Source: an uncultured Acidobacteriota bacterium (GTDB taxonomy: Bacteria > Acidobacteriota > Vicinamibacteria > Vicinamibacterales > 2-12-FULL-66-21). Taken from it: a stretch of 64,000 nucleotides of DNA. Positions 52,844 to 60,510 of this stretch are shown one piece after another (the stretch's first letter is position 1; each line of letters begins with the position of its first letter). A model generated the notes under the pieces. It saw only the letters and a list, made by a program, of their open reading frames with translations, made no database searches and was not told the DNA's origin. Both the position numbers and the translations under genes were made by a program. Where the stretch lies: contig CAVZMJ010000015.1 of assembly GCA_963776315.1 (NCBI GenBank), positions 54,426 to 118,425 of the forward strand. The letters run 5' to 3'.

Positions 52844-54031
52844 GTGCAGCAGCTGAAGCTCGGCATCCAGGACTCGGCGCCCGAGCGCGTCTGGTTTGCC
52901 GACGTGTCCGTCGACGATTCCCAGAGGCCAGCAGCTCGGTTGTCGGATTTCCAGGATCGACTTCGTCTGTATCTCGAATCGATGTCCGGCGTCGAGTCGG
53001 TGGGGCTGAGCTCCGGCCGGCCCCTTTCGTCCATTCGCCGCGGCCCGCTCCATGTCGAGGGCATGACGAGTGTTCCCGACAGCAAGCCGATGCCGTGGGG
53101 TCCGCCGCCTCCGCCGCCGCCACGCGGGGCGATCCGCCTCGAGAAGCAGTGGATTGTGAGTCAGAACTACGTCACGCCTGGGTACTTTGCCGCGCTCGCG
53201 CTGCCGATGCGCCAGGGCAGAGATTTCACGAGCGCCGACGGCGCCGGCAGCCCCCGCGTCGCGATCGTCAACGAGACGCTCGCCGCGCGTGCGTTCGGGA
53301 AGTCGAGCCCGATCGGACGCCGGGTGTCGTTCGCAAAGCCCGGTACGTTCGACATCGAAATCGTGGGCGTCGTGCGTGACCTCCGTTACGAACACCTGCG
53401 GGAGGCGGCGCCAGACGGCATCTTCTTCCCGCTCGCGCAGATCCCGCGCGGCGAGGACGAATCGCCGACTGCCAGCGGCGGGACCGAACCGATCAATCTG
53501 ACGCTCATCCTGCGCGCGCGACACGACGAGCGCATGACGCGTGTTCGGCTCCTGCAGCACGCGGTCCAGTTCGATTCCGGACTCTTCTTCGACAGAATCG
53601 CGACCTTCGACGAGGAGGCCAACGATGCCCTCGGCCAGGAGCGGGTGCTTGCCTCGGTCGGCTCGATCCTCGGCGCGGCGGCGCTGGTGCTGCTCGTCAT
53701 CGGCCTCTACGGCACGATGGCCGCTGCCGTCATTCGCAGCCGACGGGAGATTGGGATTCGGCTGGCGCTTGGCGCCCGCCCCCGCTCGCTGCGAGCGCTG
53801 GTCGTCGCGCGCGGCCTGCTCGTCGCCGGCGTTGGCCTGGGCCTGGGATTGCCGCTGGCCTACGCGGCCACGAAGTCGTTCGCGCACCTGCTCTACGGAG
53901 TCCGGCCACTCGACCCGCTCGTCGGCGCAGTCACGGTCGCCATCGTCTTTGCCACCGCAGCCGTCGCCGCGTTTGTGCCCGCCCGACGCGCGTCGCGCGT
54001 CGATCCGGTCATTGCCTTGCGCGCGGAGTGA
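52844..54031 (+). pseudogene. C-terminal half of an ADOP permease (5'-truncated)
   Basis: NYVTPGYF, GRDFT, RREIGIRLALGA, VDPVIALRAE; lacks the N-terminal TM and first repeat. Confidence 0.7.
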
Positions 54032-54048
54032 CGGCTGACGCGCGCGTG

Positions 54049-54143
54049 AAATGCTGAATGCTGAATGTTGAAGTGAATGCTGAACGAAATACTGAGACAG
54101 GGACCAATGATTCCTGATTCCGCATTCACTTCAGCACTCAGCA
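54049..54143. repeat. Inverted heptamer-array hairpin (GCTGAAT / TTCAGCA)
   Basis: Homologous to the 28752 element. Confidence 0.8.
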
Positions 54144-54170
54144 TCGAGCTCCAGCTTACACTGTCACCGA

Positions 54171-54614
54171 AGGGCCACAGAGAAAATCGATCCCGCGGAG
54201 CCGGGATTCCGCTACACACGCCGAGTTTTCTTCTACGAGACAGACCTCGCCGGCGTCGTCCACTTCAGCTGCTATTTCAGATTCATGGAGGAGGCGGAGC
54301 ACGCGCTGTGGCGCGCTGCGGGGCTCACCGTCGATCGCGCCGGCGCGGGCATCGGCTACCCGCGCGTGTCGGCGACGTTCGACTACAAGAGCCCGCTCTT
54401 CTTCGAAGATGAACTGACGATCGTCGCGCGCGTGCACGCGGTGACCAGGCGCACGATCAAGTACTCGTTCGTCTTCACCCGAGGCGACACGGCCGTGGGC
54501 ACCGGGTGGCTGACGACCGCCTGCGCCACACGCCAGGAGGACGGCTCCATGCGTTCCGTTGCGATTCCCGCCGGGGTCGTGTCATCCTTGCGCGCCGCGG
54601 CGGGGCAGAGTTGA
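54171..54614 (+). CDS. 4HBT/YbgC-type hotdog acyl-CoA thioesterase (start codon reads AGG, probably ATG)
   Basis: In frame upstream of the called ORF: FRYTRRVFFYETDLAGVVHFSCYFRFMEEAE; DYKSPL.FED. Confidence 0.85.
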   Translation, partial: RATEKIDPAEPGFRYTRRVFFYETDLAGVVHFSCYFRFMEEAEHALWRAAGLTVDRAGAGIGYPRVSATFDYKSPLFFEDELTIVARVHAVTRRTIKYSFVFTRGDTAVGTGWLTTACATRQEDGSMRSVAIPAGVVSSLRAAAGQS

Positions 54615-54731
54615 GACCTGTGGCTCCGACTTAGCCGTTTGTTCCTGAAAACCCGTGGTTTCCGACATCAGGTGGCAACTGAGCAGAGTCGTGGCGCTCA
54701 GCGCGGTTCGCCACCGACACATGAGGTATCG

Positions 54732-55616
54732 ATGAAGCGGATCAGAAAGCTGATGGACCGGCTGATCGCCAGGCCCGGGAAGAAGATCTCGCTCAAGGAC
54801 TACGACCCGAAATGGACGGGTAACATCAAGGACAAGAAGAAAGCCACGGCCCTTCTCGAAAACGGCGTCCAGCAGCTCGCAAAGCACCAGGACAAGCTCT
54901 ACGCGCAGGACACATATTCACTGTTGATGGTGTTCCAGGCGATGGACGCGGCCGGCAAGGACGGCACGATCCGGCACGTGATGTCCGGCGTCAACCCGCA
55001 GGGCTGTCAGGTGTTCAGCTTCAAGGCGCCATCGGCTGAAGAGCGCGATCACGACTATCTGTGGCGGACGATGAAGGCCCTGCCCGAGCGCGGGCGGATC
55101 GGCATCCACAACCGGTCCTACTACGAGGAAGTGCTCGTAGCCCGCGTGCACCCAGAGATCCTCGCATCGCAGCAGCTGCCGGCGGATCGCAAGAAGGACG
55201 GCATCTGGAAGCGGCGCTTCGAGCAGATCAATGACTTCGAGAGCTACCTGGTCGACAACGGCATCGTCGTGCTGAAGTTCTTCCTGCACGTGTCGAAGAA
55301 GGAACAGAAGCGCCGGTTCCTGGAGCGGATCGACCTCGACGACAAGAACTGGAAGTTCTCGGTGAACGACGCCAAAGAGCGCACGTTCTGGAAGGACTAC
55401 ATGCACGCCTACGAAGAGGTGTTCACGCACACGAGCACCAAGGCGGCGCCCTGGTACATCATCCCGGCGGACAACAAATGGTTCTTGCGGCTGGCCGTCG
55501 CCGCGATTGCCTATCAGACGCTCGACGATCTGAAGCTCGAGTACCCGACACTGACCAAGGAGAAGAAGCAGGAGTTGCTCGAAGCCCGGAAAGTGCTGAT
55601 GGCCGAGAAGGACTGA
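54732..55616 (+). CDS. ppk2: Polyphosphate kinase 2 family (class III-like polyP:nucleotide phosphotransferase)
   Basis: QAMDAAGKDG Walker A, GVNPQG, NRSYYEEV, KFFLHVSK.EQ, APWYIIPADNKW. Confidence 0.93.
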   Translation: MKRIRKLMDRLIARPGKKISLKDYDPKWTGNIKDKKKATALLENGVQQLAKHQDKLYAQDTYSLLMVFQAMDAAGKDGTIRHVMSGVNPQGCQVFSFKAPSAEERDHDYLWRTMKALPERGRIGIHNRSYYEEVLVARVHPEILASQQLPADRKKDGIWKRRFEQINDFESYLVDNGIVVLKFFLHVSKKEQKRRFLERIDLDDKNWKFSVNDAKERTFWKDYMHAYEEVFTHTSTKAAPWYIIPADNKWFLRLAVAAIAYQTLDDLKLEYPTLTKEKKQELLEARKVLMAEKD

Positions 55617-55629
55617 GACGATTACCAGG

Positions 55630-57333
55630 TCAGGACGGCGGGGTGCCGCGCGCGGCGCGCTCGATGGTGCTGACGACGATCCCGACAATCACCACGACCA
55701 CGGCGCCGACGACGTTGTGCCAGAGAAAGGCGATGTTCGTGAACGAGGCCACCCATGCGACCGAGGCCATGCCGGCGATGAGGCCCACGAAGGCGCCGGT
55801 GCCCGTCGCCAGAGGCACGGCCACGGCGAGGATGAACACCCCCAGGATCGAACCGTAGAAGAACGAGCCGAACCGGTTCACGACTTCGATGAGCGAACCG
55901 AGCTCTGCCGCCCACACCGCGACGATGCACGCGAAGATCCCCCAGAGGCCGGTCACGACCTTCGAGACCGTGAGGTAGTGCGCGTCGCTCGCGACGGGCC
56001 GGAACTTGCGCTTGTAGAAGTCGATTACCGTCGCGGTCGAGAGCGAGTTCAATTCGCCGGCAATCGTGTCTGTCGCAGCCATGATGATAGCGAGGATGAG
56101 GACGCCGACCAGGCCGATCGGGAGCCGCGTGAGGATGAACGTCGGCGTGATGTAGTTGACGTCAGAGAAGCGGCGGTCGCTGCCGTTCTCGCGGACAATG
56201 GCGGCGGCGCGGTTCCGCACGTCGTTGACCGCAGCTTCGGTCTTCTGTATGGCGATCTTACCTGACTCGACGCCCGCGGCGTTACCGGCATGGCGTGCCG
56301 CGACGAACTCGGAGGCCGCCGCCCGCCTGGCATCGAACGCCGTCTGGAAATCGGTTTCGAGGGCCGCGTAGGCCGGGGCCGAGGCGCCGGCTCGAAGACG
56401 CTCGGCCTGGGCCGAGCTGAAAAGGAGCGGCGGGGGCGTGAACACGTAGAAGACGAACACGAGCACGCCGAGCAGCAGCACGAGCAGCTGCAGCGGAATC
56501 TTCCAATACGCGCTCATCAGCAGCGAGTGCCGGGCTTCGTCGACCGACCGCGCCGTCAGGTACCGCTGCACCTGGCTCTGGTCGGTGCCGAAGTACGAGC
56601 AGAAGAGGAAGAGTGCGGCAATCATCCCCGACCAGAACGTGTACTGGTTGGTCAGGTCGAACGAAAAGTCGAATGTACGCAGCCGTCCGGTCGCGGCGGC
56701 GATGCTCAGGCCATCGGTCAGCCCGACGCCGGAGGGCAGCCCGATGAGCGCGGTCGCAATCACGGCGAAGAGCCCAAAGACGATGAGGACCATGATCTTG
56801 ACGTCGGTCCAGGTCACCGCCTGCACGCCGCCGAACATCGTGTAGACCACGGCCGGCAGCGCGATCGCGAGCGCGGTGGCCGTCAGCCCCCAGCCGAGCA
56901 CCAGCGACAGCACGACTGCCGGCGCCGAGATCACGGCCCCGCACGACATTCCGCGCGACACGAGAAAGAGCAGGCTGGTCAGGCTCCGCGTCTTCGAGTC
57001 GAACCGCCGCTCCAGGTACTCGTACGCAGTGTAGACGCCAGACTTGTAGAAGAAGGGCACCAGCGTGAGCGACAGGATGACCATCGCCAGCGGCAGCGCG
57101 AAGTAGAACTGGATGAAGCGCAGCCCGTCGGTGTAGCCCTGACCTGTCGTCCCAATCATGGTGATGGCGCTCAGCTGCGTCGCCATCACGGAAATGCCGG
57201 CCGCCCACCAGGGAATCGAGCGGTTCGCGAGGAAGTACCCCTCGATCTCGTGGCTGTCCTTCGTACGCTTGAGGCCGTCGTACACAATCCATGCGGTGAA
57301 GCCGAGGACGACGGCCCAGTCGAGAGGGTGCAT
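55630..57333 (-). CDS. Sodium:solute symporter (SSS)
   Basis: YFLANRSIPWW, SVMATQLSAIT, AYEYLERRF, GTDQSQVQRYL. Confidence 0.93.
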   Translation of the reverse strand: MHPLDWAVVLGFTAWIVYDGLKRTKDSHEIEGYFLANRSIPWWAAGISVMATQLSAITMIGTTGQGYTDGLRFIQFYFALPLAMVILSLTLVPFFYKSGVYTAYEYLERRFDSKTRSLTSLLFLVSRGMSCGAVISAPAVVLSLVLGWGLTATALAIALPAVVYTMFGGVQAVTWTDVKIMVLIVFGLFAVIATALIGLPSGVGLTDGLSIAAATGRLRTFDFSFDLTNQYTFWSGMIAALFLFCSYFGTDQSQVQRYLTARSVDEARHSLLMSAYWKIPLQLLVLLLGVLVFVFYVFTPPPLLFSSAQAERLRAGASAPAYAALETDFQTAFDARRAAASEFVAARHAGNAAGVESGKIAIQKTEAAVNDVRNRAAAIVRENGSDRRFSDVNYITPTFILTRLPIGLVGVLILAIIMAATDTIAGELNSLSTATVIDFYKRKFRPVASDAHYLTVSKVVTGLWGIFACIVAVWAAELGSLIEVVNRFGSFFYGSILGVFILAVAVPLATGTGAFVGLIAGMASVAWVASFTNIAFLWHNVVGAVVVVIVGIVVSTIERAARGTPPS

Positions 57334-57353
57334 TCAGCGGGATCCGGCCGGCG

Positions 57354-57446
57354 TCAGGAGAAGTACTCCTGAAACGCGTAGAGCGCGAGCAGCGTGACGA
57401 GCCAGACGATGAGCACGCGAGCGTAGCTGCGGCGCATGTCGCTCAT
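57354..57446 (-). CDS. 30-aa single-TM protein, putative SSS accessory subunit
   Basis: MSDMRRSYARVLIVWLVTLLALYAFQEYFS*; GC3-rich codons; 20 nt upstream of the SSS start. Confidence 0.7.
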   Translation of the reverse strand: MSDMRRSYARVLIVWLVTLLALYAFQEYFS

Positions 57447-57454
57447 TTCTCAGC

Positions 57455-57559
57455 GCTCGCGGGGCCCGCGCCTTCGCATTGCTTCGCCGACGCTCGCCGT
57501 AGCCTTGTCGGAGGCGGGCCCCCCCCGCTCGCAGTCGCCGCGCTCGGGTCGCAGGCGCT
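57455..57559 (-). repeat. Composite REP-like leader element (module A with nested module B)
   Basis: Homologous to 8316-8434; -10-like TAGAAT at 57591-57596 upstream. Confidence 0.75.
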
Positions 57560-57651
57560 GGGCGCCGGTCCGGGAAGAAGGCATTGACGCATTCTAGCGC
57601 GTGAAGCCGACCTGACAGAAGCCGGCAAAGGGAAAAGGTCGAGCGGTTGGT

Positions 57652-58317
57652 TCAGGAACAGCCGTTCAGGAAGCGCGATCCCTGAAGCCACTGCTTGTCG
57701 GGGTAGTACGCGAAGACGAGCGAGCCTTGCTTGATAGTGTCGATGACCGTTCGCGCGATGGCGGGGCGTAACGCCGGGCAGCCGTGGCTGCGGCCCAACC
57801 GTCCCACGGTGCGCAGATTGAACTCGCTCACGTACGGGGCGCCGTGCATGACGATCGCGCGGTCGCGCGCGCGGTCGTTGACGCCGGCTTCGAGTCCATC
57901 GAGGCGAAGCGAGTAGCCGTTGCTGCCGACGTACGTGTCGGCAGTACGGAAGAGCCCGAGGCTCGTCTGGTGGCTGCCTTCGGCGTTCGAGAACCGCGTC
58001 GCGAAGTTCTCGCCGCTGCCGCGGCCATGTGCGACGAGCTCCTCGAAGAGCACCTGCTCGTGTTCGAGGTCGAGGACCCAGAGGCGCGGTTCGGTCGAGG
58101 CTTTGGAGTAGTCGATGACCGTGAGGAGCCGGTCGTTGGCGACGGCCCCGGCGTTGCGCGCGCAGGCGGCGGCGTTCAGCGCGAGCCGGAGCACCGATTT
58201 GTTGAGCGATCGCGCGCCAGGGAAGCCCGGCGGGCCGGGTGTTGATTCCGGCGTGCTCGCGCGGCCGGCGAAGCTGGCCATGGCGATCGCGAGCACCAGT
58301 GCCACAGGAAAGCGCAT
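57652..58317 (-). CDS. L,D-transpeptidase catalytic domain protein (YkuD_2 type)
   Basis: IDYSK.S...RLWV, VAHGRGSG, FSN..GS..TSLG, IVMHGA, LGRSHGCPA. Confidence 0.92.
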   Translation of the reverse strand: MRFPVALVLAIAMASFAGRASTPESTPGPPGFPGARSLNKSVLRLALNAAACARNAGAVANDRLLTVIDYSKASTEPRLWVLDLEHEQVLFEELVAHGRGSGENFATRFSNAEGSHQTSLGLFRTADTYVGSNGYSLRLDGLEAGVNDRARDRAIVMHGAPYVSEFNLRTVGRLGRSHGCPALRPAIARTVIDTIKQGSLVFAYYPDKQWLQGSRFLNGCS

Positions 58318-58411
58318 GTCCGTCAGATTCCCTCCAGAAAACTGCCCGCCAGGAGGTCCCCGGTCCTTCTAGAGAGTAGCAGCCGGGAGGTCATTTGACC
58401 AGCCCGGCCCT

Positions 58412-58612
58412 TCAGGCGTCGACGGCAGGAAGATCCTTCTCGACGGACTCCCGGTCTGCCCGCCTCCGTTCATTGTCCAGGGCGCGCTTGAGCCGCTCGG
58501 CCAGGTCGCCGAACGTCCTCGCGGCCTCGCGCAGGTGCGCGTTCTCCTCCTCGAGCTGCCGGATTCGGGCAAGGCAGTGCTCGAGTGTCTGGGATGCCTC
58601 CGGTTCGACCAC
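58412..58612 (-). CDS. Small coiled-coil hypothetical protein (66 aa)
   Basis: GGAGG SD before GTG; RIRQLEEENAHLREAA heptads. Confidence 0.6.
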   Translation of the reverse strand: MVEPEASQTLEHCLARIRQLEEENAHLREAARTFGDLAERLKRALDNERRRADRESVEKDLPAVDA

Positions 58613-58772
58613 TGCGCCTCCTCCGATGCGAATGATCTGGGCGACACGCCGGAGCTGAGTCAGTGGCCAGCTCGTGCCAAGGGCCATCATTCCGTCGCAG
58701 CCGGATGGTGGCCCCACCGTCCTATCAATACTACGTCGATCCACGTCTACGACACCACGCAGCCTCAGACAT

Positions 58773-59333
58773 TCATGTCGGGGACACGCCGGCGCTCTGG
58801 CGAAGGGAGGCCGGCAGGAGCCGATCGATGTCCGGATCGGACGGCGCGCCGGTGCCGGCGCTGAGCGCCTCCCGCGCAATCTGATAGGCCTCGCGATCGG
58901 CGGGAAGCGCGTGCTCATAGACGCTCTGTACCTCGCGCATGAGGGTGTCCCGCCGGGCGGTTGTTTCGGGCAGGTCGATCAGCCCGTCGTGGACGTCGGC
59001 CAGGAGGGCGCGGTACTTCTCGCAGAGGAGCCAGAGCTGTGCCGTGCACGCGCGATGGGCAAAGGCACGTGCCTCGAAGTCGAGCGCGTGCACGATCGAC
59101 AGTCCGACGAGCGCCGTCGTCGCCAGCGCCGCAGCGGCGATCTGGAACGGTCGAACTCCGGTGAGCGCCATGACGGAAGCGCCCGTCGACAAGCCGAGGA
59201 GTAGGACGAGAACGACCCGCGACTGCCGCGCGCGCGCGGCCAGTCGCTCCGCCACCTGCGCGTGCGCGCGGTAGCTCATGGCGACACTCCCAAAACTCAG
59301 GCGGATGTGATCGACCAGGCTGAGCTGGAACAC
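58773..59333 (-). CDS. SLATT (SLATT_4-like) 2TM effector domain protein
   Basis: IR..FG.V..SY.AH, two TM segments, AH..C...LW...E.Y..LL.D, R..L......Y, AY..A..AL pattern. Confidence 0.75.
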   Translation of the reverse strand: MFQLSLVDHIRLSFGSVAMSYRAHAQVAERLAARARQSRVVLVLLLGLSTGASVMALTGVRPFQIAAAALATTALVGLSIVHALDFEARAFAHRACTAQLWLLCEKYRALLADVHDGLIDLPETTARRDTLMREVQSVYEHALPADREAYQIAREALSAGTGAPSDPDIDRLLPASLRQSAGVSPT

Positions 59334-59402
59334 GAATCCTCCGTCAAACTATGGGTCGACAAGAGTCACGAGGGGTTGAGTGGTAAATGCAGGTTCAGAT
59401 CG

Positions 59403-59419
59403 ATGCAAGAGGGGGACCT
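59403..59419 (-). promoter_or_regulatory. Candidate sigma54 promoter AGGTCCCCCTCTTGCAT
   Basis: GG-N10-GC with TTGCA, 70 nt upstream of the SLATT start. Confidence 0.35.
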
Positions 59420-59559
59420 CCCCGGAAACAGGAAAGAAGTCAGGAAAGCAGCCAGAATGACTCGAGGCGCGCGACGTGCTGGCGGCGCAGCCGTGCAACT
59501 TTGCCACTGCGTTCTGATAAGTCTTGACCGGACGGCCCGAACCGGGTCAACTACTCACC

Positions 59560-60417
59560 GTGACCGAGTCTCCACAAGCTCAACCATTCACGCAACCGTT
59601 CGATGAGCGGTCGGCGCTCGAGGAGCTCGAGCAGCTCGCCGACAAGATACAGCTGTCCAGACGTCAACGGGAACAGAAGGTTGCCGAGTTCGACGATTTC
59701 GTCCGGACATTCCGTAGGGACCGCTATAACACGTCCATCGCCGCCACCGAGCGGGAGCGCCGCGCGGAAGACCGTCGAGCGGCCTCGAGCGAGGCAGCCC
59801 ACGTCGCGCGAGTTGTGGTTCCTGAGACGCAGGCGAGCACTCCACTGCCTGACGCATCCGTCGTGCCGTTGGCCAGTCTCCCGGAGAATACGGCATGGGG
59901 TGTGACCGAGCCCCGCGCGCCGGTCGCGGATGTTCGAAGGAATCGACCGGGACGGCTGCGCGCGGCTTACGTCGGCGTGACCATCGCCGCCCTTGCCGTG
60001 GTGCTGGTGACGGTGCTGTTGTGGCGGTCCGCCGCAGCCCCAGTCGGTCCCGCCTCGCAATCGGATCCTCGAGCCGTTGCGGCGACATCGACTCCACGGG
60101 CCACCCCGACCGCCGCGGCACCGGCCGCGGCTGCGCCCGCACCGACGCCGGCAGTGCCGGCAGGCCCGCCGCGCGCGCTCAACATCGAGTTCGTGACGGT
60201 CCGTCCCGTATGGGCGCGGATTACCGTCGACGGCCGGCGCGCGATGGAGCGTGAGTTCAAGGCCGACCAACGCATTCCGTTCGGTGCCGATCGCGCGATC
60301 CTCATCCGCGCCGGTGATGCCGGAGCGATTCGTCTGGTGGTGGACGGAAAGGATCTGGGAGTGCTGGGGCGCGACGGTCAGGTCTTCGAGCGGGCGTTTA
60401 CGGCGCAGGCGAAATAG
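59560..60417 (+). CDS. Single-pass membrane protein with C-terminal RodZ-like DUF4115 domain (no HTH)
   Basis: TM, Pro/Ala linker, VWARITVDG...IRAGDAGAIRLVVDGKDLGVLG..GQV. Confidence 0.8.
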   Translation: MTESPQAQPFTQPFDERSALEELEQLADKIQLSRRQREQKVAEFDDFVRTFRRDRYNTSIAATERERRAEDRRAASSEAAHVARVVVPETQASTPLPDASVVPLASLPENTAWGVTEPRAPVADVRRNRPGRLRAAYVGVTIAALAVVLVTVLLWRSAAAPVGPASQSDPRAVAATSTPRATPTAAAPAAAAPAPTPAVPAGPPRALNIEFVTVRPVWARITVDGRRAMEREFKADQRIPFGADRAILIRAGDAGAIRLVVDGKDLGVLGRDGQVFERAFTAQAK

Positions 60418-60420
60418 TGT

Positions 60421-60510
60421 GGTTCAGGGTTCAAGGTTCAAGGTTCAGGGTTCAAACAAGATCTTCGAGTGTGCTGTGGAAGGTTTTGTCTGAACCCTGA
60501 ACCCTGAACC
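60421..60510. repeat. Inverted heptamer-array hairpin (GGTTCAR x5 / CTGAACC x3) with family core
   Basis: Core ACAAGATCTTCGAGTGTGCTGTGGAAGGTTTTGT. Confidence 0.9.

Noticed and set aside
58664-58680. sigma54 promoter TGGCACGAGCTGGC before the 66-aa gene
   Set aside because: Spacing is GG-N9-GC, not the required N10
58773-59333. Complete CBASS or retron system around SLATT
   Set aside because: No CD-NTase, SLOG, reverse transcriptase or ncRNA partner visible nearby
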